A stretch of DNA of 64,000 bases. It comes from an uncultured Phycisphaerales bacterium. GTDB taxonomy: Bacteria; Planctomycetota; Phycisphaerae; Tepidisphaerales; Tepidisphaeraceae. The position numbers and the translations under genes were made by a program. The stretch lies in NCBI GenBank assembly GCA_963755915.1, contig CAVWLP010000002.1:864001-928000 (forward strand), given 5' to 3'. The notes below the pieces were generated by a model that saw nothing but the letters and a program-made list of their open reading frames with translations, did not search any database and had not been told where the DNA came from. The number at the start of each line of letters is the position of its first letter. The stretch's first letter is position 1. Positions 9,885 through 22,205 of the stretch are shown here, piece after piece.

Positions 9885-12800
9885 TTATGGGGCCTGTGCC
9901 TGCTGCTGACCGGTCCTCAATTTCTCAGATCGGTCGAGCAAATCCTGGAGCTTAGCGCGAAGTACCGGGTCTTGCGCCGCGGGGTCCTGTTTTTTGATCA
10001 TTTGGAGGCCCAGTTTTGCCTGAAGCTCGGCCTGGGCGGCGTCGGGGGTATCCATCCGGAGATAGCCTTCACCGAGGTGAAGATAGGCGTCGGGGAATGG
10101 GGCGAAATTATTGAGGACGTCGTTAAGGGTATGGACGCCGTCGGGGGCCGACCCGCTGAGAATCATGAGCCAGGCCTGGGTATCCAGGAGTCTGGGTTCG
10201 GTTCGGCCGAGGAGGGACATTTTAGCGACTGCCTGGTTGGCATATTGGAGCCCTTCCTGGGCGCGCGGGGGGTTGTAGTTGTCGGCGAGGAGGCAGGCGA
10301 GGTTGTTCAGCGCCTCCAGGTTGTCAGGTTGAAGGGTGATCCAGCGTTTGTAAGCGGCATAGGCTTTGTCAACCATGGGGGTGGGCTTTGCGATCTGGTA
10401 CATGACGGCGGCGGTGCCCAGGACGTTGACCTGGTCGGCGAGGCTGAGCTTGTCGAGGTTGCCCATGATGCCGTCCATCGTAGAGACCGCGGAGTTGGAA
10501 TCGCCGTGGGTCTGATAGAGTTGGGCGACACAGATCTGCCCGATGACGTTGTTTTGGGAGATGGCGGAGACATCGTTGACGGCCTCGTCGAAGCCGAACA
10601 GGCTGTAGATGCTTCGGGCGATGGCGTCGAGGTCGATGGAATCGCGATCGTTGGCGGCGGCCTGAAGGGCACGTTTAAAGTCGGGGAGGGCCTGGTCGCT
10701 GGAAAGATTTTTTTCCGCCAGGGCGACGTCCCACAGCGCCCAGGACGTGGGTTTGAACTTTGGATCGAGCGCCGTGTAGTGATCGACGACGGCCTGCCAG
10801 TTCTGACTATGCCTCAGGAGCTCCATGTTGGTTCGAACGATTGTTTCGTTCTGAGGAGCCAGCGAGAGGGCGATCTCGCTCTTTGCCATGGCGTCCTGAA
10901 GGTCGCCGGTTTGGTCGAAAAGGACGGCCTCGCCCTGGAAGACGTCGGGGTCTTTGTTGAAGGGGGGAACGGAATCGACGTCCTGGAAAATTCTCAGCGC
11001 CTCGGTAAGGCGGGGATGGGGCCCGGTGCTGTAGAGCCGGGCGAGGCGCATGCGGATGTCCTTGTTGTTTGGATCGATGCGCAGACCGGCTTCGAGTTCC
11101 TTCTCGGCGGCGTCCTGCTGGTTGAGAAGCGTATAGGCGTCGGCGAGATAGAACCGTACTTCGAGGCTGGTGGGAGTGGACTGGCGGACGATTTCCAGGT
11201 CCTGTAGGGCGCCGCTGGGATCGGGGGGACGGGTGCGAAGGCGCGCCCGGCCGCGACAGAACAGAGCCGTTTGATCGTTGGGGGTGATGGCCAGGGCCTT
11301 GGTTGCACGGTCGACGGCGTCGGCAAAATGATTGTGCTCATAGAGGCACAGAGCCCAGATCGTCAGGAGCGTTTCCGCGTTGGGAGGATTGTTGCTGAGA
11401 TCGGAGCGGAGCTCGGCCTGGGCGGCGTCGAAGCGGTCTGAAACCAGAAGGATCTGGATAATTTTTTCGCGCACCTGCGGCACGTCGGAGTTGACTTCGC
11501 GCAGCAGGTGGATGGCGTCGTCGTACTTCTTGTGCAGGGCGAGAAGGCTTGCCATGCGAATCTGAAGGTCGTAGCGATAGCCGGAGCGTGCCATGGCGTC
11601 GTGCATTTGTTCTTCGGCCTGGTCGGGCATTCCGACACGCTCGTAAAAGCTGGAGAGCGCGACATAGGGATCCGGCTGGATGCGCCACTGGGGACGAGCG
11701 GCCCAGTCGTTGAGGGTCTGAAGGGCGTCATTAGGTTGTTTGGCGGCGAGTTGGCAGTCGGAGAGGGCGATATAGAGCTCCTCTTCGTCGGGCCACTGAT
11801 CAATTTTTGGTTTGAGGAGAGTGACCGCGGCCTGCGCCTGCTTGGTCGCGTCGTCGGGCTGATTGTTCCTGCGGAGAATATCGCAATAGCGAAGGACGAC
11901 GTCGGCCATGGCGGCGTAAAGCTCGGGCTGATCGGGGCGCGCGGCCAGTTCCTGCTGAATATCCTTGACGGCGTCGGAAGGCTGGCCATAGGTCAACTCA
12001 TGGCTGAGGCGCATTTTGCTGAGCGTGGGTTCCTCGGGAAGGCGGCCCAGGCCGTCATTTAGCGTGTGCAGGGCGTCGTCGGGACGGTGCATGGCGTAGT
12101 AGCACTTGGCCAGACCGACGTAGGCTTCGACAAGGTTGGATTCCTTCTGAAGAGCGACGAGATACTGGGGCACGGCCTGGTCGAATTGCCCTTCGGCCTG
12201 GAGGACGTCTCCAAGCGACAGCCAGGAGCGCGCGAACTGTGCCTTGTCGAGCGTGAGCCGGCGGGCGATCGTTTCCGCGGTGGCGTTGTCCTTGCGGGCC
12301 ATGGCCAGGCCGAGGCGGTACAGATCGCCGCCGGCGTGATCGGCATCCGCAGCGGCAAGGAGGGGGATGCACGCGGCGGCATCGTCGTAGCGTTCGGTTT
12401 TCAGGTAGAGGTTGAAAAGCAAGTCCTGGACGCGGGCGGAATCCGGCGCCAGTTTTGCCGCGGCTTTCAGATGCGCCTCGGTGCCGACGTCGTCGTTGTG
12501 TTTGGCGGCCAGACCGGCAAGGATGAGCTGGCCCTGCACCTTGTCCGGATTTTCCTTGGCCATGTCCATCTGCATGCTTTCGATCACCTTGGGATCTTCG
12601 CCCTTGATGCCGGGGATCATCAGTCGCAGGCGCACATCCGTGGGATTGGCCGCCAGACCGCGCTGGGCGGCGGCGAGGCATTCATCTTTCCGGCCCAGAT
12701 GGAAGAGAATCTGGGTGAGAACGACCCAGTCGTCGGCGTCGGTCGGATTTTTATCGACGCTTTCGCGGAAAAGGCGGACCGCATCCTCGTCATCCTGAAT

Positions 12801-14529
12801 GGTCATCGCAACCCGCGCCTTCACGCTGCACTGGCGCGGCGAGTTTTCGGGGAGGACCGTATAGAGCCGCTCAATCTTCTCACGATTTTTGTCCGGCTCG
12901 CTGAGGAGCAACTGAATGCGGAAGATCGTGATTTCAGGGTCGTTGGGGGTGAGCTTGACGAGGTTTTCGATCAGAGGCGGCGCCTGGTCGGGCTGCTCGA
13001 TGATCAGCAGGCGAATCAGATGCTTGATGACCGGAACGTCGTTGGGATATTCGGCGTTGACGTCCTTGAGGATCTGGACCGCGTTGGCGGTCTGATTGGT
13101 GTCCTCATATCCCTGGGCGAGGAGGGTTTGGAAAGTGTACCAGTAGGAATCTTTTTTCGAGGGGGCGTTGTCGGCCATCAGCTTGCTGATGTTCTGGATG
13201 CCCGTCATTTCATCGTCGCCGCCAGACCCGATCTGGAAGCGGGCTTCGATTTCCTTGATCGGATAGATGACGCGGAAACCGGCCACGCTGTCGAGCTTAT
13301 CGAGCAGCGAGCGGATTTCGGTGCGCAGCTTCGTTTTCTGGTCGGAGGTCTTCATGGGGAGGTAACGGAAGACGTCGATCTTGGCCAGCTCGATCATGGC
13401 GGCAAAACGGACGCCGCCCAGGGCGATATGGTTGGGATCGTCGGAGAGGGAGGCGAGCGTGTTTCGCAGGACATCGACGGCCTGATCCTGCATCTCGGGC
13501 GACCGGCCCAGCAGGTCGGCGCTGGAGGCGAACGCGCGGGCTATCGGGCATCTCGTCGTAGATTTTCAGAGCGCCCTTCACGTCGTTGCGTGAAACGGCC
13601 ATGTCGGCGGCGAACTGGTAGATATCGAGGTATTCCGGCTGGTCCGACTTGGCGAGGGACATGGCCTTGGCGATTTCGTCCTGGGCGCGGTCCTGGTATT
13701 TCTTCTTGTTGTCGGGGCTGGATTGATCGGCGCCGGAGAGTCCTTCGAGCACGCGAGCGAAGGCGTAGTGCATCGCGGCGTTACCGGCCTGCGAACCGCC
13801 GTTGGCGCCGGTCAGGACGGATTCGAAAATGGCGACGGCATTTTGATAGTGCTGGGTAACTTCCGGGGGCTGTTCGAGCGCGCCGAACTGGGCCGCGAGC
13901 AGCTGTCCTTTTTCGGCTTCGGAAGTGGCGATGGCCAGGGCGAGGTCGGCGCTGGCCGGATTCTTCGCCCAGAGGTCCTTCATTTCCTTGATGGCGCCAT
14001 CGACTTCGGACTGGTCGGCGTCGAGGCCACCGGCCCAGGCCTGCATGACCAGCTTGTCGGCCTGGATTTCCATCGGCTGGCCGTGAGCGGGGTCCGCCTG
14101 GTAGGCGCGGCGGCTGTAGTCGATCGCATTGCGGAAGGAAGTTGCATTCGGGACCTGGGAGACTTCCTTGCGATAAACCTCGGCGAGCGACTCGAGGGCG
14201 GGTAAGTAATTGGGATTGATTTCCAGGGCCTGGCTGTAGGCGAAAATTTCGGCGGAGAAAGCGGTGGGATCGAACTGGACCAACTGATCGTATGCCTCGC
14301 CAAGGCGGATATCGGTGTCGGGGTTGTGGACATCGAGGGCGGCGGCTTTGGTGTAATTGGCGACGGCGTCCTGCCAGTTGTGGTCCTTCATGTCCTCGTC
14401 GCCGAGGGCGATGTAATGATCCGGGTGGTCGTGGATAAGGAAGTGTTCCGCGAAGAGCACCGCGGCAACAAGCCCAATGAAACAGAGGAGCAATATCGTT
14501 AAAAACCTTGTGTTGAGCCGTCTTGCCAT
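9885..14529 (-). CDS. Very large TPR-repeat protein of the exosortase/EPS locus (about 1540 aa; frameshift near 13510)
   Basis: ORFs 13297-14529 (N-terminal TM + TPR) and 9885-13493 join; TPR motifs throughout; C-terminal ALNNLACLL...LLDTQAW typical of PEP-CTERM-system TPR proteins. Confidence 0.8.
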
Positions 14530-14661
14530 TGGTTTCTCTTCGAACTCCGCCTGAAATTGACCGATAAATCGGCCCGACCGAAGGAATTGGGTATCAGGAA
14601 TTATGCTTCATGAAGCGTAAAGTTGCATGTAAAACCGCGACCCTGACGCTGTGGAAGCCTC

Positions 14662-15657
14662 CTACGCATGGGAATGCTTCAGTTTCTGCCAATCTGGGAA
14701 GCATAATTCGATTTGGGGTCTGGCGACGGTCAGGAAATCGGTCATAGCCGCGCTGGCGACATCGGTATCCTCACCGAGGGTCATTAGTTCGATTTTGGCG
14801 TAATAACCGTAGCGTTCGGCGAGGTTTTCGAGGGTTTGGCGGACGCCGAGGGGGTCGCTTTCATAGTGCCCGTTGGTGTGAAAGACGTAGGCGACGCACT
14901 TGGAAACGCGGTTGTTGCCGGTGGAGTCCTGGAAGCTGATGAATCGGACCGCCAGGGGAAGGGATTTGCCCGCCGGGTCGGGGCCAAGCTGCCAGGTCGG
15001 CTGGGTATAGGAGTTGGGTTCGTAGCCGTCGGCAATGTAGCAGCGGTCGGGAATGTGGGCGACGGTATCGACCAGCCCGGTGTAATAGGTGAGGCCCAGG
15101 TGAATGACGTCGCCGGCGTGTCCGCGCATTTCAACCGAGGTGATGATCCCCTTTCGCTCGGAGGGCGTCTTGTTCTTGAGGCAGTCGTCGATCATCTTGA
15201 TCTGCTGATCGAAGGTGGCGGCGTTGAATTTCGTTCGGGCGGCTTCGGCGTCGGCCTCGGCGGCCTGATCGCTGGTGGGGTCCTTGGTGGGGGAAGAAGT
15301 CACGTCGAGCCTGGCGGCCACGAAGGCGACCAGGTCCGCGCCGGCGCGATCCACCTGAATGTAATCGCGATACATGTAGTTTTCGGTCCCCAGAACGTCT
15401 TCCATTTCCTTATCGAGCTTGTCGTCCTGCGAGACCTGGAGCCAGTGGCCCATGAGCGGGGGAATCTGGGTGAACTCGCGGGGCTGCGGTACAGCTTCCT
15501 TTTTGAAGTGGAGCTTGAGGTTCCAGACGAAGCCGTTGAACGTGACCGCGGAAAGCAGAAGGATTCCGGCGACGACCAGGAAGGTGGTGTGAGCGATCCC
15601 GCGAGGGGATTTTATGGGGGATTTTGTTGCGAATGATTGTGTTGGAGTTGAATTCAT
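14662..15657 (-). CDS. Exosortase-associated EpsI-family protein
   Basis: N-terminal TM; LGTENYMYRDY, YYTG..DTVAHIPDRCY.ADG, YYAKIEL; lies directly after the exosortase. Confidence 0.8.
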   Translation of the reverse strand: MNSTPTQSFATKSPIKSPRGIAHTTFLVVAGILLLSAVTFNGFVWNLKLHFKKEAVPQPREFTQIPPLMGHWLQVSQDDKLDKEMEDVLGTENYMYRDYIQVDRAGADLVAFVAARLDVTSSPTKDPTSDQAAEADAEAARTKFNAATFDQQIKMIDDCLKNKTPSERKGIITSVEMRGHAGDVIHLGLTYYTGLVDTVAHIPDRCYIADGYEPNSYTQPTWQLGPDPAGKSLPLAVRFISFQDSTGNNRVSKCVAYVFHTNGHYESDPLGVRQTLENLAERYGYYAKIELMTLGEDTDVASAAMTDFLTVARPQIELCFPDWQKLKHSHA

Positions 15658-15834
15658 GGTTGGTCACCGGGTCCTGGGTTCTGATTGCCGTCGGCCGGAC
15701 GCTTGCGAGGCGTGGGAGTGCGCGGGGCAAGGCGGACTGAAGGGGGCGGCGGGACGACGGATTTCGGATCGCGCAGCGCGCCGGCGCCGGCGCGGAACTT
15801 GGCTTGGGAGGGGTTTGCGGTTTGGTTCGAAGGA

Positions 15835-17294
15835 TTAAAATTGGAGGAGGCGTTTGCGCGGCGGGCCTGGGCGCCGGGGCGGCGCGGCGTTGCCACGGAT
15901 TTCCGCCAGGCTGCGACGCGCGGGCGGAGCTTTTGCCGGATCGGCCGCGGGCGCAGGCGATGCCGGCGCCGGCCTGGGGGCTACCGGCGGGGGCGGTGTG
16001 TCATTGCCGCGAATCTCCGCCAGCGTGCGCGGCGCCGTCGCGGGAATTGCCGCCGGTATCGGGGCCGAATTGCGGGTGATCACCTTCGGGGCGTGGGCGA
16101 CGAACCGGCGGTCGATCTGCTCGACGAATATCTGATCCAGGACCCATCCCACCAGCAATATCAGCAGGAATGCCGGGATCAACATGATCAGCCCCACGAA
16201 CTGGTGGGCGAAGTTTTCGGAAAGCGAGTGGCTGACGTAGCGATCGAGAAGCCCCTGCCCGGAGACGCGCATGACGTTACAAAAGATGGCGATGGGCACC
16301 GCGAAAAGAACGACGATAATTTTTTGCCACAGGGGCCGGTGAGAGAGGAAGGCGACTGCCGCCGCGACGGAGACGAAGGTCATGAGGGAGCGCATTCCCG
16401 CACAGGCTTCGGCGACGTTGAGGGTTCGCCAGTTGCCGTCGCCGCCGATCATCGAGATTTTGGTCCCGCCGACGTTGGCTTCGACGCCGGTGAGCTGAAG
16501 CGTCCAGACCGCGACGTTGGCGGCGAGCTGCTGGAGGGGGCCGGCGACTTTGCTGTAGACCAGGCCCGGCCAGGGGATTCCGCAGACCAGGAAGATGATG
16601 GGGAACCAGGCGATCTTCATGACTTCCCACCCCGTCAGCGCCAGAACCACGCCGAAGAGGGTGACGACCATCCCGAAATCTTTGAGGAAGTCGTTCTGTC
16701 CGGGGAAGATTGCGTATTGGAAAATGGCGATGCCGAAGAGCATGATGAACCCGCCGAACCAGCCGGCGGAATGTTCCTGGGCGCGCTTCATGAGCGAATC
16801 AGAGCGGCGGGTGAGGGTCAGGCCGAAAGTTGTCGCGATGATGAATGCGGAAAGCGCGGCGGCGGGGAAGAAGATCGGGGTGATTTCTTCGCGGATCAGA
16901 GCAAGGGGAAAAAGGGCAACGAGTGAAATCAGGACCCCAACCCGCAGCGCGGTTTGCGACCGCGAAAGCTCGGCGGGCTCTGAGGGGCTCAGCAATTTGT
17001 CGCGGTTGACATAAAGATAGTAGAGCCCGATGAAGGGGATGCAGATGGCGTGGCCCCAGTTGGCGTCGCCGTAGAAGGGGTTGGTCTTGTCCCAGAGCCG
17101 GCGAAGATTGGGCCAGAAGAGACGCCAAAGAGAAGGACGATGACCCCGATTTGAATCCAGGCGGACTGGGTAAGGCCGAGAATCAGTGGCTGTGAAGCCG
17201 GCTCAGCCCGATCCTGATGGCGATCGGGGGCGAAAGCACCACCGAAGGCAACATCGGCGGCGACCCCCACGTCGTTAATCTGCGTCTGGCTCAT
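15835..17294 (-). CDS. Exosortase (EpsH family); frameshifts near 17120 and 16990
   Basis: Multi-TM; NWGH...IPFIGLYY N-terminus in shifted frames; catalytic VAEACAGMRSL (Cys), NVMRV (Arg), FAHQFVG (His). Confidence 0.88.
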
Positions 17295-17494
17295 GAGAGA
17301 CTACAACCAGCCGCCCTCCTGGCGATTCAAAAAAAAACAGTTCGTGTCGGACAGATACGCCGGAAACTGGCCACCGGTTCAATGACCTCGCAAAACCGGC
17401 GCGATCCAACTACTGCGGCATCGGACCTTTATCTCACAGAAATAACATTCAGATCATATTCGCCGCAAGAATGGACCGATAAAAAACCCTCGCA

Positions 17495-18957
17495 TTAGAA
17501 GAAGTTATTAGGCCCATTATAGAAGTTCTGGTCATAAACAAAGCCCGCTCCATAGGAAAATTGGAAGGAATTCCGCACCGCCGCCAAAAAGGGCGCGAAA
17601 ATGTCGGTGCCCACATAGATGAAGTCGTTGGGCTTGAGATAAAGATCGGGCTCCTGAAGATTTAGAACCTTGTCGAGGTGCACGCGGAGGCCGACCTCAC
17701 GGTTGCTGCCGACGCGACGGATGATCTCGGTTCGGAAAGGCATGGCGAGGTCATCGGCCCCGCCGGCAGCAATCCATGCCTGTTTGAGGGTCACCTTTTC
17801 GCCTGTGAGTCCGAACACACCGGGACGGACGACGTGACCACCCATATAATAGACGCCGTTGGTGGGGTCGGGGACGATGATCATATCGTCGGGACGGATC
17901 ACGATGTTGTATTTGAGATCGCCGTATTGACGCAGTTGGTCGATCGGTACGCGGATGATGCGTTCATCCGTCGGGGCTTCCAGGTCGTCGAACTTGAAGA
18001 CCTTGCCGCTGGGCGGAGGCGGAGCGGCGTCGTCAGAGGCAGAATCCGGGGCGGCGATGGAAAGCAGCTTGGGGGCATTAGAAGCCGGGTTGCGCGGCCC
18101 TGGGGTCCCGGGGCCGTGGGGGGAGGCGCCAGCAGATCGCCAGGCGCTGTCGTGGGTGTCGGCGCAGGCGTCGTCGGCTGCGGCTCGGGAGTCATGCCCG
18201 GTTGCTGAGACGGCGGAGGAGGCGTTGTCTCCGGAGACTCGGGGGCGGGGGGAATGCTTGAAGGGTTCAGCTCATCAGTGCCGGGCTGCGTCACCTTGCG
18301 GATGACGTAGGCGTAGGGAACGCCGATTGCCACCGCCGGAGCATGCGCCGTGACCATCGCGTCGAGCATGCGGAAATCAGGCTTGGTGAGCTGGTATTCG
18401 CCCGGCGAGCCGACGTTGCCCTGGATGCTGAACGTGCGGGCGCGGGCTTCTTCAACGGTGACCGAGACCCGCGCGTTGCGGATCAGCCGGGCGTCTTCGT
18501 AGGCCTTGGAGACCGCGTCTTCAAGTTGGCGCTCGGTGAGGTCGGAGGCTTTCACCGGCTGAATGAACGGGAGGCTGATCATTCCGGTTTCGGTGACGCG
18601 GGCGGTTTTCACCTGCTCGCCGGTGCCTTCGCCCAGAAGATCGAAGATCGAAATGCTCACCAGGTCGTTGGGGCCGATCTTGTAGTCGGTGATGTCGGGG
18701 ACCAGATCGGCGGGCTCGATGTCGCTGGCGCTCGCGAAAGCGGTGTTGGGTTCCTCGATTCCGCTGGCGACCGTGTCGAGGATGGGAACGACGAGGGGGT
18801 GTTGCGTGGTGTCCGGATCGACAATGCGCGGTTCGCCGGGGTTGATGAAGTCGTTGATTTCGCAGCCGCTCAGCATCGCGGTGAGGGCAACGAGAACGAC
18901 GACCTTGAATGCGCCGTTGAGACGGACGATACGCGGGGTATTTGAATACGAAATCAA
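17495..18957 (-). CDS. Polysaccharide export protein Wza-like, copy A (frameshifted in the Pro-rich linker)
   Basis: TTG start with AAGGAG RBS; lipobox-like LSGC; YKIGPNDLVSISIFDL, GMISLPFI, SLBB domains, LKPNDFIYV. Confidence 0.85.
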
Positions 18958-20216
18958 AAGCCGCTCCTTAGAAGACGTTGGGGCCGGTGTAGAAGTTCTG
19001 GTCGTAAAGGAACGCTGCACCATAAGAGATGCGGAACGAATTGCGTACTGCGGCAAGGAAGGGCGCGAAAATGTCGGTTCCGACGTAGATTACGTCGTTG
19101 GGCTTGAGATAAATATCGGGCTCCTGGAAATTCAGGATTTTGTCGAGGTGTACGCGGATACCGACTTCGCGGCTGGTACCAATGCGGCGGATGACCTCCG
19201 TTCGGAAGGGCATGGCGAAGTCATCGGCGCCACCGGCGGCGACCCAGGCGTCTTTAAGGGTCACCTTCTCGCCCGTGAGTCCGAACACGCCGGGGCGGGC
19301 AACGTGACCCCCCATATAATAGACGCCGTTGGTGGGGTCGGGGACGATGATCATGTCGCTGGGGCGGATCACGATGTTGTATTTGAGTTCGCCGTATTGA
19401 CGCAGTTGATCGATCGGTACGCGGATGATGCGTACATCCGTCGGGGCTTCCAGGTCGTCGAACTTGAAGACCTTGCCGCTGGATGGGGGCGGAGCGGCGG
19501 CGTCAGGCGAAGATGTTACGGCTGCGCTGGAAAGAAATTTGACTGAATTGGAACTGGGGATCGCGCGGCCCTGGGGGCCGGGAGCCGTGGGCGGAGGCGC
19601 GAGCAGATCGCCAGGCGCTGTCGCGGGAGTCGGCGTTGGAGTCGGCGTGGGGGTCGGCGCGGCGCAGGCGTCGTCGGCTGCTGCGGTTGTGGCTGTGGCT
19701 CGGGAGTCATGCCCGGTTGCTGAGACGGCGGAGGAGGCGTTGTCTCCGGAGACTCGGGGGCGGGGGGAATGCTTGAAGGGTTCAGCTCATCAGTGCCGGG
19801 CTGCGTCACCTTGCGGATGACGTAGGCGTAGGGAACGCCGATTGCCACCGCCGGAGCATGCGCCGTGACCATCGCGTCGAGCATGCGGAAATCAGGCTTG
19901 GTGAGCTGGTATTCGCCCGGCGAGCCGACGTTGCCCTGGATGCTGAACGTGCGGGCGCGGGCTTCTTCAACGGTGACCGAGACCCGCGCGTTGCGGATCA
20001 GCCGGGCGTCTTCGTAGGCCTTGGAGACCGCGTCTTCAAGTTGGCGCTCGGTGAGGTCGGAGGCTTTCACCGGCTGAATGAACGGGAGGCTGATCATTCC
20101 GGTTTCGGTGACGCGGGCGGTTTTCACCTGCTCGCCGGTGCCTTCGCCCAGAAGATCGAAGATCGAAATGCTCACCAGGTCGTTGGGGCCGATCTTGTAG
20201 TCGGTGATGTCGGGGA
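18182..20216. repeat. About 520 bp identical direct repeat shared by the two wza genes (18182-18701 and 19697-20216)
   Basis: Base-by-base comparison by eye found no differences over this stretch; offset 1515 bp. Confidence 0.85.
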
Positions 20217-20457
20217 TCAGATCGGCGGGCTCGATGTCGGTGGCGTCGGCATAGGCGGCGTCGGGTTCTTCAACGCCGCTGGCAAGCGTATCGAGGACGG
20301 GAACGACCAGAGGATGTTGCGCGGTGTCCGGATCGACGATGCGCGGCTCGCCGGGGTTGATGAAGTCATTGATTTCGCAGCCGCTGACAAGTCCCGCGAG
20401 CGCGACGCCCAAAAGGCAAGTCAGGAATTTCCGAAGCGGGTTGGAAGACGGACGCAA
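18968..20457 (-). CDS. Polysaccharide export protein Wza-like, copy B (frameshifted in the Pro-rich linker)
   Basis: TTG start with AAGGAG RBS; VSGC lipobox; same domain string as copy A. Confidence 0.85.
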
Positions 20458-20634
20458 AAGTCGCTCCTTTCAGCGGGCCGAGAAAACAGGGTGTCCGGCA
20501 GCCAGACGTAGCCCGGAAAATCCGAATAATCGGTGGGAATCTTGCATGAAAAGAGTTCGGTTGGCAAGCGGGGTGCGATTCCAAGACACGGGAAAAGTCG
20601 GGGCCATTTTTGGATTGGCAAACGAAACCTTAAT

Positions 20635-22158
20635 TCAAGCAAGGCGTCGGACTTGTCGTTTGACGGCCGGGTGTATGTTCCTCCGGGTGACTTTCATGGC
20701 CGCGGGGGGCAAATGTTTCAGCAAAAATGGGGGGCGGTCGGAGCGGCCGCCACGCTGGTAATCTTCCCAGAGCAACTGGGCAACTTGTGCGGGATTTTGG
20801 CCCAATTCCTGTGCAAGGAAGGTGAAGAGCAGCTCGGCGAGGCGGTGCAGGGAGATGGCGTAATTTTTTCCGGTATGGGCGAAAAGCCAGTCGCTGAAGT
20901 GCAAAAATTGCGCAAAGGGCGAGGCGTTTTGCCAGATGAGGGGGGCGGAGAGGAGGAAGTTGCCGCTGTTGGCGACGAGGTCCCAGAACCGGGCGAAGCG
21001 ACGCAGGCGCTGCATGGTGGGGAAGTCGATGGCGCCGGTTTGAAGAATCTCGTAGGGAGGATTGGGGCTATAGATCATCTGGTACTCGGCGTCGTGGCGG
21101 ACGATGGGGGTGCCGCGGAGGCGTTTGAGGAGGCCGACCTGGATTTCCTGGGGACCGAGCGCGAGCAGGCGATCGAAACCGGCGGCGAAGGATTGGAGGT
21201 CTTCGCCGGGGAGGCCGGCGATGAGGTCGGCGTGGACGTGGACGCCGGTTTCGTGGCGGAGGAAATTGAGGTTGTCTTCGATGCGCTGAGGATCCTGGCG
21301 GCGGCTGATGCGCTGGCAGACGTCGGGGTTGAAGCTTTGGATGCCGACTTCGAATTGCAACGCGCCGGGGGGGAATTTGCGGATGAGATTGCGCAGGCCT
21401 TCGGGGAGGCGGTCGGGGATCATCTCGAAATGGAGGAAGAGGTCGGGCTGGTAGCGCTGCCAGAAGAATTCGAGGATGGATCGGCTGAAGGGGAGGTTGA
21501 GGTTGAAGGTTCGGTCGACGAATTTGAATCGGCGCAGGCCGCGGTCGAGGAGGCGCTGCATGGCGGGGAGAAAGTTTTCCAGCGGGACGTTGCGGACGGG
21601 GACGTCGAGCGAGGAGAGGCAGAACTCGCAGGAGAAGGGGCAGCCGCGCGAGGCTTCGACGTAGACGACGCGATGGGCGAGGTCGTGATCGGTATAGAAG
21701 TCGTAGGGGAGTTTTAGTTGCGAGAAATTGGGGAGATCGGCGGGGAAGATGCGCTGGAGCGGGGTGTAGTTGTTCAAAATCTTTTGGCAGAGATCGGGGA
21801 AGGCGAGGTCGGCTTCGCCGGTGATGGTGAAGTCGGCGAGTTGGCAGATTTCCTGGTGGTCGGTTTCGTGGCTGACTTCGGGGCCGCCGAGAATGATTTT
21901 GATGTCGGGGCGGAGGCGTTTGAGTTCGGCGACGAGGTGGGTGGTGGGGGCGACGTTCCAGATATAGACGCCGAGGCCGAGGATGCGGGGGTTTTCCGAC
22001 AAGATCGATTCGAGGACGTCGGTGGGTTTCTGGGTGATTTCGAATTCGAGGATTTTGGATTGGGGCTGGAGGGGGCCGAGGTTGGCGAAGAGATAGCGCA
22101 GGGCGAAGCTTGCGTGGGGGTATTTGGCGTTGAGGGTGGTTAAGATGATTTGGGGCAA
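20635..22158 (-). CDS. B12-binding domain radical SAM protein (DUF4080-type)
   Basis: N-terminal B12-binding GVYIWN...LGGPE...[17 protein letters not shown] (CxxxCxxC); [18 protein letters not shown]. Confidence 0.88.
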   Translation of the reverse strand: MPQIILTTLNAKYPHASFALRYLFANLGPLQPQSKILEFEITQKPTDVLESILSENPRILGLGVYIWNVAPTTHLVAELKRLRPDIKIILGGPEVSHETDHQEICQLADFTITGEADLAFPDLCQKILNNYTPLQRIFPADLPNFSQLKLPYDFYTDHDLAHRVVYVEASRGCPFSCEFCLSSLDVPVRNVPLENFLPAMQRLLDRGLRRFKFVDRTFNLNLPFSRSILEFFWQRYQPDLFLHFEMIPDRLPEGLRNLIRKFPPGALQFEVGIQSFNPDVCQRISRRQDPQRIEDNLNFLRHETGVHVHADLIAGLPGEDLQSFAAGFDRLLALGPQEIQVGLLKRLRGTPIVRHDAEYQMIYSPNPPYEILQTGAIDFPTMQRLRRFARFWDLVANSGNFLLSAPLIWQNASPFAQFLHFSDWLFAHTGKNYAISLHRLAELLFTFLAQELGQNPAQVAQLLWEDYQRGGRSDRPPFLLKHLPPAAMKVTRRNIHPAVKRQVRRLA

Positions 22159-22205
22159 GGGGTGGGGAGGATGCTACACATTGCTACACAATGCAACACT
22201 TTTTA

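Noticed and set aside
18182-20216. wza duplicate as a DGR template/variable repeat pair
   Set aside because: The core is identical rather than adenine-mutated, both copies lie within full genes, and there is no reverse transcriptase in the window.
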